A stretch of 64,000 nucleotides of DNA from an uncultured Acidobacteriota bacterium (lineage in GTDB: Bacteria > Acidobacteriota > UBA6911): the NCBI GenBank assembly GCA_963843575.1, contig CAWJKZ010000009.1, forward strand, positions 32,001-96,000. Reading direction: 5' to 3'. The notes below the pieces were generated by a model. That model searched no databases, was not told the origin of the DNA, and was given only the letters and a program-made list of their open reading frames with translations. A program made the translations under genes and the position numbers. Numbering within the stretch: position 1 is the stretch's first letter; each line of letters starts with the position of its first letter. Below, one piece after another: positions 1 through 11,105 of this stretch.

Positions 1-3000
1 GACAAGATCTATGCCGTCGTGCGCGGCACTGCCATCAACCAGGATGGGAGGACGGTGGGCCTGACCCTTCCGAGCGCCGAAGCCCAGGAAGCCCTCATCA
101 GCGAGGCCCTGCGCGACGGCGGCGTGCAACCCCATGCCGTACAGTATGTCGAAGCGCACGGCACCGGGACGCGCGTGGGCGATCCGATTGAGGCCGCGGC
201 CATCGGTCACGTGCTCTCAACCGGCCGCAGCGCGTCGAAGCCCTGCGTGATCGGGTCGGTCAAGACCAACATCGGCCACCTGGAGGCGGCCGCGGGCATC
301 GCCGGCCTCATCAAGGCGTCGCTCGCGCTCACGAACCGGATGATCCCGCCCAGTATTCACTTCCGCTCCGCCAATCCCGCCATCCCGTTTGACGACCTGC
401 GGCTGCGGGTGGCGACCGAGCTGCAGCCCTGGCCGTGCAACGGCGGCCGGGCACTGGCGAGTGTCAACTCCTTCGGCTTCGGGGGCGCAAACGCCCACGT
501 CGTGCTCGAAGAAGGCCCCCGGCCAGACGATGCCGTGAGTATCCGGGATCACGAGCCCCTCTGCATCCTACCCATCTCGGCCCGGCATCCGGGTTCCCTC
601 CGGGAACTCGCCCGCCGTTACCGCGACCTCCTCGCCGGGGCCGACGCCCCGCCGCTCGCGGACCTGTGTTACAGCGCCGCGGTGCGACGCAGCCATCACC
701 CGCACCGCGCCGCCTTCGTCGGGCCCGGCCGCGCGGAGATGATCGAGCAGTTGGATTCCTTCCTGTCCCGTGACGACCCCCCTGCGCCGGGACGCGGCGC
801 CCGCGCCAGGGAACCGAAACTGGCGTTTGTCTTCACCGGCATGGGACCGCAGTGGTGGGGCATGGGACGCCAGCTCTTCGACACCGAACCGCTCTTCCGG
901 GAGGCCGTCGAGGAGTGCGACCGGCTGTTTCGGGGCGTCGGCACCTGGTCGCTGATGCAGGCCCTCGGGGCCGACGAGCCGCACTCCCGGGTTCACGAGG
1001 CGGACGTCGCGCCCGCCGCGAATCTCGCCATCCAGGTGGGGCTCACACGGCTGTGGCGCTCCTGGGGGATCGTCCCCGACGCCATCGTCGGGCACAGCGC
1101 CGGGGAAATCGGCGCCGCGTGGGCGGCCGGCGCCCTCAGCCTCGAGGATGCCCTCAAGGTGGCATACCATCGCGGCCGTTTGCAGTCCCGCGCGGCTGGC
1201 TCCGGGACCATGCTCGCGGCCGGTGTCTCCGAGGATGACGCCGTCCGGCTCCTCGAGGGGCTGAGCGATCGAGTCTCGATCGCAGCCATCAACAGCCCAA
1301 CTTCCGTCACGTTTTCCGGCGAGCGCGAGGCGCTGGAGCGGATCGCGACGGAGCTCGCGCGCCGGCAACGCTTCAACCGCTTCCTGCCGGTGGAGGTGCC
1401 CTATCACGCGCCCTGTTTCGATGCCTTCCGGAAGGAGTTCGTCGAGCTGCTCGCGCCGCTCGAGCCCCGTCCGCCGGCGGTGCCACTCATGTCCACCGTG
1501 TCGGGCGCATGGCTCGACGGGGCGCCCGTCGACGAGAACTACTGGTACGAGAACCTCCGGCGTTCCGTGCGCTTCGCCGAAGCCGTCGATCGGCTCGTCC
1601 AGGATGAGTACGAGCTCTTTGTCGAGATCGGTCCTCACCCTGTCCTCGCGGCGTCGATCTCGGAGTGTCTCGCCGCCCGCGCCAAACCCGGTATGACCCT
1701 CCCTTCGCTCCGCCGTAAGGAGGAGGAGCGGCGGGTCCTGCTGCGTTCGGTTGCGGACATTTACAGTCGCGGCCGGCGCGTCGAGTGGTCCGGCGTCTGC
1801 GGAACCCGCAGGTTCGTTCCGTTGCCGCGCTATCCCTGGCAGCGGGAACGGTACTGGTTCAACGGGGAGGAGGGTTCCGCCCACGGGCCTTCGGGCACCG
1901 ACAGCGGGCACCCGCTGCTCGGATACCGCCTGCGGTCGGCGCGCCCCACCTGGGAGGTCGAGCTGGGCCGGCCGCAGCTCGATTACCTCGACGATCACAT
2001 CGTCCAGGGGAACCCCGTGTTCCCGGCTGCCGCCTACGCGGAGCTGGCACTGGCGGCCGCCCGCGAGATAGCGCCCGGTACCGTCCCGGTCCTGGAGGAA
2101 CTCGCGTTCCGGAAGGTGCTCTTCCTGACCGAGCGCAAGGAGGGGCTCCTCCAGTTTGTGCTCGACCCGCAGCGTTCCTCGTTCGAGATCCACGGCGCCT
2201 CCGGGAACGGCGGGGCCGCATGGACCCTGCACGCCGACGGCAAGCTGAGGACCCGACCGGCTGAGTCCGGGCCGCAGGCGGCCGACATCGCCGGGATCCG
2301 CGGGCGCTGCCCGGACGAGGTGCCTGCGGCCTCGGCCTATCAGGCCCTGGAAGCCAGGGGGCTCTGCTACCGGGGCGCCTTCCGCGGCATCGAGGCGCTC
2401 TGGCGCGGCGGCGGCGAGGCGCTGGCCCGCATCGGGTCGTTAACGGCAACCCAGCCGGATGCCGGCCCATACCGCATCGATCCGGCGCTGCTCGACTCCG
2501 CGTTCCAGGCCATGCTGGCGGCCGCCGAGTCGGCGGGTGCGGGCCGCATCAACGCGAGAGGCCTCCACCTGCCCGTGTCGATCCGGCGGCTGACGCTCTG
2601 GCGCGAGCCCGGACCAGGGTTCTGGAGCCATGCGAAGGTCACCCGGTTCGACACCGAGGTTCTCGAAGGCGACATCACGATCGCGGACGAGAAGGGGGAG
2701 GTCGCGATGGCGATCGAGGGCCTCCGGTGCAAAACCCTCGACAACAGCGCGAGGTCGGCGCGGACCGGACTGGACGATCTGCTTTACCAGCTCAGCTGGG
2801 AACGGGAGCCGCTCAAGAGACGGGCCGCCCGCGAGGCGATGGCGGTTCGGGGCGCGGCGGAGCTGGGGGCACGGATGCAGCCCGTGGCCGACCGCCTGGC
2901 GGCAGCAGAAGGGCGATGGTCGGAGCGGCTCGAGCACGAGCCTGAAGTCACTGCAATCGTCGCCCACTTCGCGCGGGCCGCCTTTATCGCCCTCGGGTGG

Positions 3001-6000
3001 AATCCCGGCACATCCCTGCCCAACGATGCCGAGGCCCTGTCCGCGCGCCTCGGCATCGCCGGCCGCCACCGCCGATTCTTCGGGCGGCTGCTCGAAATCG
3101 TGCGGGAAGCCGGCGGTCTGGGCGGGTCGGCCGACACGGCCGACTCGCAACGCCTCGCCGCCGAAGGACTGTGCACGCGCCTGCTGGAGGAGTTTCCCGA
3201 GTGCCGGGCGGTGGTCGATTTGCTGCGGCGCTGCGGCGCGCGTCTGGACGCCGTCCTGAAAGGCGAGCTGGATCCGCGCGAAGTGCTGTTCGCGCCGGAG
3301 GCGGTGTCGTCTTGGGCCCATTTCTTCATCGAAGACCCATTGTACGAATTCTATAACACGCTCGTCGCGGAGACTGTTGCCGCCGCAGTAAAGGAGGTCC
3401 CGCCCGACGCCCGGCTGCGGATCCTCGAGATCGGGGCCGGCACGGGCGGAACGACGGTGCCCGTGCTCAGTCGACTCGCGAACCGACACGTCGAATACCA
3501 CTTTACCGACGTGTCGACGTTCTTCCTGGCCGAAGCGCGCGACCGCTTCAGAGCTCAGTCGAACGTCCGCTTCAGCGCTCTCGACATCGAATCGGACCCG
3601 GTAGCTCAAATCGGGGCCGAGCCGTTCGACATCGTTCTCGCGGCCAATGTCCTGCACGCGACGGCCGACCTGCGCAGGTCGCTGAAACACATCCGCCAGG
3701 TGCTTGCGCCGGGAGGGCTGGTCATGCTGCTCGAGGCGACGCGCAAGATCGCCTGGGCGGATCTGATCTTTGGCATGACGGAAGGATGGTGGCGCTTCGC
3801 CGACCTCGATCTGCGTCCCGACTACCCCCTGCTCGAACCTCATCAATGGAAGCGGGTTCTCGGCGAGGCAGGCTTCGAGGAGGCAGCAGGGATCTCGGAT
3901 CCGAACAGCGACAACGGCTCCATGCAGACTGTGCTGCTGGCGACACTCCCGAAAAAGGCCGGACGGGCTGCCGACACTCGGGTGGCGAAGGGCTGGGTCG
4001 CCGTTGTCGACTCCTCGGGTTTCGGGGCGCGGGTCGCCGCGGCACTGCGAAGTCAGGGCGACCGCTGCGTCTGCGTCGCCGGCGGAGGAGACTACTCGCG
4101 CGATGGCGACACGGTGCGGATGGCGCTCGACCGCCCCGATCATGTGGCGCACCTCGTCGAAGAACTGGCGGCGGAGGGTTTCGAGATCCACGGCTTGATC
4201 CACGCGTTGAGCCTCGACATCCCCGGTCCGGCCGGGTTGAGCGCCTCCGAGGTGGTAAGCGCACCTCAGGCGTCGTGCGACAGCCTGATCGGCCTGGTCA
4301 AAGGCTTCGATCAGGCCGGACGGGCCTTGCCGCCCATATGGCTCCTCACCTCGGACGCCGAAGCGATCGAGCCCGGGCAAGCGGCGGCGAACCTGACCCA
4401 AGCCCCGCTCCGGGGTTTCGGCCGGGTGCTGGCAAGCGAGTTCTCAGGCATCCGCTGCCGGCTCGTGGACCTTGGTCCGCGGCCCGAAGAAGGCGAGGTT
4501 CAGGCTTTGCTCGACGAACTCGAAGCCGACGACGTCGAGGAAGAGGTGGCGCTGCGCGGGTCGGAACGGTACGTGGCCCGATTGCGCCGGAGGCGCCTTG
4601 ACGATCTCCATCCGGCCGATCGCGTCCGTGCGCTGTCGCCGGACGCGCACGGCTTCAGGTTGGACATCGACACGCCCGGTGCGCTCGAGAGCCTGATGTT
4701 GCGCGAGACGCCCGATCGGCGGCCCGGGCGGGGGAAGTCCTCATCCGCGTGTTTGCGGCCGGCCTCAACTTCCGCGACGTGATGCTGTCGCTCGGCATGC
4801 TGCCCCCGATGACGATCCCGGGGGCGGCCGGCAAGACGATCCTGGGCTTCGAGTGCGCGGGGGTGGTCGTCGAGTGCGGCGCGGGAGTGGAAGACGTCCG
4901 CCCGGGCGACGAGGTGATGGCCGTGGCGATCGGGGCTTTTGCCTCGCAGGTCGTCACCCGTGCCGAGCTCGTGGCGCGCAAGCCCGGACACCTGACCTTC
5001 GAGGAAGCCGCCACGATCCCGCTGGTGTTCATCACGGCCCACTACGGGTTGACCCATCTCGCGCGGCTTGCCGCGGGCGAGCGGGTGCTCATCCACGCCG
5101 CGACCGGCGGGGTGGGGCTGGCGGCGATCCAGCTTGCCCGGCGGGCCGGCGCCCGGATCTTCGCCACCGCCGGAAACCCCGAGAAGCGCGCCTACTTGAA
5201 GTCGATCGGGATCGACCACGTAATGGACTCCCGGTCGCTGGCGTTCGCCGACGAGGTGTTGGCGGACACCCACGGCGAGGGGGTCGACGTCGTGCTCAAT
5301 TCCCTGGCCGGGGAGGCGATTACGAAAGGGCTCTCCGTTCTCCGCCCGTGCGGCCGTTTCCTGGAGCTGGGCAAACGCGACATCCACGCGAACGCGCCCA
5401 TCGGCCTGCTCCCCTTCGACAAGAACCTCTCCTTCTCCTCGATCGCGCTGGACCGGATGTGCCTCGATCAGCCTGCCCTGGTCGGCTCCCTCCTGCGGGA
5501 GATCGCAGCGCTTTTGGAGGACGGGGGACTCCAGCCCATTCCCCACAACGCCTTCGACCTTTCCGAGGCAGAACAGGCTCTGCGCCTCCTGGCCCAGGCG
5601 AAGCACATCGGCAAGCTCGTGCTCACGGTGCGCGGGGCGGAGTACCCGGTGGGGCCGTGTCTCGACCGGCCCGCCTGCCGTCCCGACGCGACCTACGTCG
5701 TTTCCGGCGGGCTCGGCGGGTTCGGCCTGGCAGTTGCCAGCTGGATGGTCGAGAGAGGGGCGCGCCACCTGGTCCTGATGAGCCGCAGCGGCGCACCGTC
5801 GGTCGAGAACCGGCCGGCGTTCGACGCGCTTCGGGAATCGGCCGCGGACGTCGTGGTGTTCAAGGGCGACGTGGGCGACGAAGACGACGTGCGCCGCATG
5901 CTGGGCGAGATTCGAGAGAACCTGCCGCCGCTCCGAGGCGTCGTGCACGCCGCCATGGTCCTCGACGACGCGCTCCTGGCGCAGCTCAACGCCGAGCGGT

Positions 6001-7697
6001 TCCGCGCGGTGCTCTCGCCCAAGGTCGGCGGGGCGTGGAACCTGCATCGCCTGACGGCGGCCGACGAGCTCGACTTCTTCGTCATGTTTTCGTCCACCTC
6101 TTCGCTGCTCGGCATGAAGGGGCAGGCTAATTACGCTGCCGGGAACGCATTCCTCGACGCGCTCGCCCCCTATCGCCGCTCGCTCGGGTTGCCGGCGCTG
6201 ACCGTCAACTGGGGCGGTATCGCCGAGGTCGGCTATTTGTCGGTCCATCAGGACATCATGCAGCTCCTGAACCGCCACGGACTGGAGTCGATCACCCCGG
6301 CGGAGGCTACCGACGGGTTGGCGGAGGCCTTGCGGTCGGGGGTCCCCAGGTTGACGATCATGCGTGTCGATTGGGCCCGATATTCGTCGATAGATGAGGC
6401 TTCGGCGTTCGTGAAGAAGGCGCGGCGCCTGGCCCACTTCCTCTCCACAGAACAGGCCGCGGCCCCGGATGCGGCGGCCGGGCGCGGGTCGCTGTTGACT
6501 CTCCTGCTGGAGTCGGAGCCCGATCAGAGGCGAGCTCTGGTAGAGGGCCGGGTGGCGGAAAACGTGGCGCGTGTGCTCGGCACGTCTGTCAAGAAAATCG
6601 ACCCGGGTGCGCCACTCACCGACATGGGCGTCGATTCGCTGATGGCCGTCGAGCTGCAGACAATCCTCAAGCGCGACTTCGGGGTATTCCTGCCGCTCAC
6701 TTCTTTTCTCGAGAGCGTCTCGGTGGTACAGCTCGCGACCAAAGTACTCGGGCAACTCGCGGACGAGGCCACACCCGCACCGGGCGCGACGCCGGAGGCG
6801 GTCGCCCCGGCCGGGCCCGAAGAGGCAGGCGAAAGCACTCTGACGGCAAAAGCGCCGGCGAGGGCGCCGGACCTCCCGGCCGTCGAGGTGCGCAACTGTG
6901 CCCCGGTCGAGCCGTCGCCCGCAACACCCGAGTCGCTCCCTGCTGCCGCGGCAGCGAGGGTGGTCGATCCACCCAGCGATCCGATCATGCGGCGGCCGGA
7001 ACGCCCGGCAGGCCTTCCGGTCAAAACGGGCGGCTCCGAATCGATCGACGGCCGCTGGACCCCCATGGAGAAGTTCGTCAAGCGCGTGCTCTCGCTGGCG
7101 TTCGGGCTGCTGGCGCGCGTAGAGGTCACCGGTCTCGAGAATCTGCCGCGCTCGGGCCCCGTGCTGCTGGCCGTCAATCACCTCAGCATGATGGATCTCC
7201 CCCTGCTGGTCACAATCGTGCCGCGACGCGGTATTTGCCTGGCGGCCGACCGGCTGCAGGAGCAGCCGTGGGCCCGTTGGTTTCTCGATCTCGCCCACAG
7301 CATCTATGTCCGTCGCGGCGAGGCCGACCAGGATGCGCTCGACAAAGCACTGGCCGTTCTGCGGGCCGGGCGTCTGCTCGGCGTCGCGCCTGAAGGTACC
7401 CGAAGCCGCTCCGGTCTCGCACGGGGACACTCGGGACTGGCTTACCTGGCCGCCGCCGCGCCGGCCCCGATCCTGCCCGTTGCGGCCTATGGCCAGGAGC
7501 GGATTCCGGGCAACGCGAAGCGGTTGCGGCGCACGCGCGTGGAGGTGCGCATCGGGTCGCTCATTCAGGTCGAGCCAGGCGAGAAGGCCGCAGCCGAGCT
7601 CCGCCGCATTACCGATCGGGTCATGGAGGCGATTGCCGCCATGCTGCCCCCGGCCTACCGCGGCGTTTACGCCGGGGTGTCCGAACGATCTGCATAA
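1..7697 (+). CDS. Highly reducing type I PKS, 5'-truncated by window edge: (KS)-AT-DH-C-methyltransferase-ER-KR-ACP-PlsC-like acyltransferase; one frameshift at ~4730-4734
   Basis: KS motifs EAHGTGT and GSVKTNIGHLEAAAG; AT GHSAG; DH HPLLG and HIVQGNPVFP; MT LEIGAGTGG and NVLHAT; ER IHAATGGVGLAA; KR GGLGGFG, LDD and YAAGN; ACP MGVDSL; acyltransferase NHLSMMD and PEGTRS. ORFs 19-4782 and 4749-7697 join as RPGRGEVLIRVFAAGLNFRD if one G is added to the G5 run at 4730-4734. Confidence 0.93.
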
Positions 7698-8121
7698 GTG
7701 GTCCGCCTCGGCCCGTCGGCCGGCACCGCTCTGTTGTCTCGGCGCTACGACCTGCAAGCTGGTTGATGTCCTCGCCATGCAGGACAAAGGAGGCGAATCC
7801 GCTACGGATTCAGTCAATCTTCCTTTCGGGCCGGAGAGGTCCTGATTTTCCGATCGGACTCAGGAAAAATCACAGAATAATTTAAGTTAAGTTAGGTGAA
7901 TAACGAGGATCTTAGGGACGGTTCTGTGGGAGGCGCCCTGGGCGACCAGGGCGCCTCCCCGATCGGCGACGCTGCAGATGCCCCTCCCGCCGCCGCGCCC
8001 CGGAAGGCTGACGGCTCCGTGTTACCATGGCCGTAGCAGATGACAAGAGTGCCAAGAAAGGGAAGAGCAAGTATGAGTGCCTTTGAAGGACTAAAGCAGA
8101 ACCCATCCATGGTGGATAAAG

Positions 8122-8334
8122 TTGATCTTCATGACGCTAGTCATTCGGGCTACTCTCGGCGTCCTTGGACTCACAGGGTTCTACCTCTGGTTTCTCTTCC
8201 CGGTGCAGAAGATCCGCGGTCTTAAGTATCTGGAAACTCCCCACTTGATCCTCTATCACGCCATCCTTGGTCTGCTGGATGTGGCTGGGATCATCCTGTT
8301 TGCGCAGCTGCTCTATTTTCGACGCGTTAACTAA
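8122..8334 (+). CDS. Possible small membrane protein
   Basis: 70-aa ORF with two hydrophobic segments; family not recognised. Confidence 0.3.
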   Translation: MIFMTLVIRATLGVLGLTGFYLWFLFPVQKIRGLKYLETPHLILYHAILGLLDVAGIILFAQLLYFRRVN

Positions 8335-8773
8335 CGTGCATCCGTACGGATAGGTTTGCCTTCTCAGCAGAATCTGTGGATGGCGCAGGCCATCAAATCT
8401 GCGTAAAACCAACTGAGGAAAGACACCTTACTACCTTTGGGAAGCCGAAACTTCCCGGGGGTCAGAATAGAAAGGTAGAAAACTCCCTATGGCTTTGCCA
8501 CAGGCCGAAAGCAAGCTTTCCTTCAATCGTTTTTCCGCTCGATGCTAGGCACATGCCTAGTTGTCACCGTCGGTCGCCTTTGGTTATTGTGCCATTAGAA
8601 CCGATACGGGCCGCCGGTGATGTTTGTCTTGCTAACGCGCCACGATGACCCCAAGCCTGCTCTCCACGGCTAGCCGGTTTCTGACTGCTCCAACTTCGAC
8701 GGATGAGGTCAGACAGTACGCCTGAACCTTCTGGTGGAGGGCGCGGTGGCGAATCGCTTCAAGGGGGAGAGGG

Positions 8774-9367
8774 ATGTCGCGCACGCCTTGGCACCAAAGG
8801 GAATGGTTTGCCAGTACGCTCCGGAGCATCGGCGACGGCGTCATCGCCACGGACCGTGAGGGGCGGGTGACGTTCATGAACACGGTTGCGGAATCGCTGA
8901 CCGGGTGGAGCGAGGCCGAGGGGGCCGGTCGGCCTCTAGCCGAGGTTTTTTCGATCGTCCGCGCGGCCACGCGCGAGCCGGTTAGTGACCTTGCAGAGCG
9001 TGTCCTGAGGGAAAGCGCCATCGTCGTGTTCTCCAAGCCTTCGCTCCTTTTGGCGCGCGACGGAACCGAGCGGCCGGTCGACGACTCGGCAGCCCCGATA
9101 CGCGGCGAGAACGGGGAGACCATCGGCGTCGTGCTGGTCTTCCGCGACGTATCCGTAAGGGCGATCGCAGAGGCCGAGCGTGCCCAGTTCCTTGCCCGGG
9201 AGAGCGCCGCACTGCGCGAGGCCGAAACTGCCCGACTCGCCAAGGACACGTATCTCGCCACGATGGCGCACGACCTGCGCACTCCGCTCAACGCGATTCT
9301 CGGCTGGTCGAGCCTGCTACGCACCCGGAATCAACCTAGTCCTGTACGACTAGCGGATTTGGTCTGA
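8774..9367 (+). pseudogene. PAS + HisKA fragment of a sensor histidine kinase, truncated just after the H-box
   Basis: PAS pattern SIGDGVIATDREGRVTFMN...GVVLVFRDV; H-box AHDLRTPLNAILGW; no ATPase domain follows. Confidence 0.8.
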
Positions 9368-9368
9368 T

Positions 9369-9827
9369 ATGCTCTGCTCCGATGATCAACCCCGGGAAAT
9401 CGGATCCTCAGGGGTTGGCGTGAAGTGCTATCAAATCGTGCTCGCCGATGACTACCCTTTGTTTCGACAATGGGTCAGGGGGATCCTCGCCGGCACGAAG
9501 GATCTTGAGGTAGTCGCGGAAGTTGACGATGGCCAAGCCCTGCTCGACCTCCTGTTTGATGGTTCTATCACTCCTGATCTCATCATAGCGGATATCTCCA
9601 TGCCCAGGCTGGATGGACTCGGAGCCATGCAGCACATAAAAGCGCGCCACCCGCACGTCAAGACGCTGGTTTTAACCGGACACAGGGATGATGAGTATAT
9701 CGTCAAGGCCCTGAGCCTCGGTGCGGCTGGGTACCTGCTAAAAGAGGATGCAGACGCGGAATTGATGCCGGCGATCGGCAAGATTCGCCAAGGCGCGACA
9801 TATTTGTCGTCGCGTTTGACGGCTTGA
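9369..9827 (+). CDS. NarL-type response regulator, receiver domain only
   Basis: VLADD, DISMP phospho-acceptor, LTG, GYLLKE; ends before any LuxR HTH. True start may be GTG 9420. Confidence 0.85.
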   Translation: MLCSDDQPREIGSSGVGVKCYQIVLADDYPLFRQWVRGILAGTKDLEVVAEVDDGQALLDLLFDGSITPDLIIADISMPRLDGLGAMQHIKARHPHVKTLVLTGHRDDEYIVKALSLGAAGYLLKEDADAELMPAIGKIRQGATYLSSRLTA

Positions 9828-9935
9828 TCGCCTCCCGCTGCAACTCTATGTTGCGGGATGCGGCTAAGCGCGGGCAGACAGTACTATCTTCGATAACGTC
9901 GGGTCCCTAATTTCCCGGTCGTCCGCCAGATACTT

Positions 9936-11012
9936 GTGCCGTATCATGTACCCGACATCTTCGTAGCGGGAGGTGACAGTCAAGTCATGGCCAAAATCGC
10001 GGCGGCCGAGCAAAACCAGGAATCCCATCTGGCGCGAGCGAGATTCCTACAAAGGCCCACATTGCTCTTTGTCATTACAGGTGCGGGGATCTTCGCGGTC
10101 GAAGCCGGGCTCATGCTGGTTCTCGCAATTTTCCATGAACAATTGACGGTGTGGCAACAGGCCCTGATTGACGCACTGCTGCTGATCCTGGTTCTGTTTC
10201 CTCTTCTGTATCTCTTTTACCTGTTGACGTTTCGTCCACTGCGCCTGCATAACGCGGAACTACTCCAGTTCGGAAGGCAGCTGGAAGAACAGATTGCTGA
10301 ACGCCGCGAATCTGAAGCAGCGTTGCTGCAATCTGAAAAGCAGCTGCACTTGCTATCGGCGCAGCTTCTGACCGTGCAGGAAAAGGAGAGGCGACACGTC
10401 TCGCGCGAACTGCATGAGGATTTAGGTCAGTCTCTGATTGCGCTGAAACTGCGGCTGAGACTGCTGCAAGGCGCCATCAGCCAAGATCAGTCCGCCTCCC
10501 ACCATGAGTTACGGGTCGCGTCGGCGCAACTCGACGACATGGTTCGGCATGTCCGACGTCTTTCGCGCGATCTTAGCCCCGCGATTCTGGAAGATTTGGG
10601 ATTCACTACTGCTGCACGCCGAGTTGTTTCGGACTATGCCGGGGACTTCGGTCTGGACACAGCTGTGACAGTAGACGACGGCGTCGACTCTTTTTTTAAA
10701 GGGGCTGCGGGCATTCACACATACCGAATCCTCGAGGAGGCTCTGGAAAACGTCCAGAAGCATGCGGAAGCAACCCATGTATCCGTTTCCGTTAAGGACA
10801 GCAAGCGCGAACTCTCGCTTGTCGTGGAGGACAATGGCAAGGGCTTCGATTTCAACCGGGAGGAGGCCCGTGGGTTGGGGTTGGCAACGATGTACGAGCG
10901 AGCGCGGCTGCTGAACAGCTCGCTGGACTTGTGGAGTGAGTCCGGCAGAGGAACAAAGATAACGCTGAAGATTCCAAGACAATGCGATTCATGCAGCATG
11001 TCGACGGCATGA
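9936..11012 (+). CDS. Membrane sensor histidine kinase (HisKA_3, NarX/UhpB type)
   Basis: Two TM helices; ERRHVSRELHEDLGQSL H-box; EALENVQKHA, DNGKGF, GLGL and GTKI ATPase boxes. Confidence 0.9.
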   Translation: MPYHVPDIFVAGGDSQVMAKIAAAEQNQESHLARARFLQRPTLLFVITGAGIFAVEAGLMLVLAIFHEQLTVWQQALIDALLLILVLFPLLYLFYLLTFRPLRLHNAELLQFGRQLEEQIAERRESEAALLQSEKQLHLLSAQLLTVQEKERRHVSRELHEDLGQSLIALKLRLRLLQGAISQDQSASHHELRVASAQLDDMVRHVRRLSRDLSPAILEDLGFTTAARRVVSDYAGDFGLDTAVTVDDGVDSFFKGAAGIHTYRILEEALENVQKHAEATHVSVSVKDSKRELSLVVEDNGKGFDFNREEARGLGLATMYERARLLNSSLDLWSESGRGTKITLKIPRQCDSCSMSTA

Positions 11013-11105
11013 TCGCCTGCTCCACCCCGCAGTCGGAAAAAAGAATGCCTTTGGCTCGGGCAACGGGGGCGCAGTGGCGCCCCCAGCCAAACACGAAATC
11101 GGTCC

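Noticed and set aside
4725-4745. Programmed frameshift or a genuine two-gene PKS split
   Set aside because: The break falls inside the ER domain at a G homopolymer; a single-base indel is the simpler explanation.
4500-7817. 1105-aa minus-strand ORF and other long antisense ORFs (568-2232, 2440-4401, 17501-20365, 40691-42436, 45907-47709)
   Set aside because: Shadow ORFs opposite clear genes in high-GC DNA, with no motifs of their own.
7886-8340. Integron cassette (GTTAGG ... CTAAC); similar motifs at 8631, 12825, 23441 and 29431
   Set aside because: No convincing paired attC palindrome and no integrase in the window.
8440-8530. c-di-GMP-I riboswitch (GCAAAGCCATAGGG on the minus strand); similar partial motif at ~61590-61620
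   Set aside because: The GGCAAA-GAAA P1/P2 architecture cannot be assembled.
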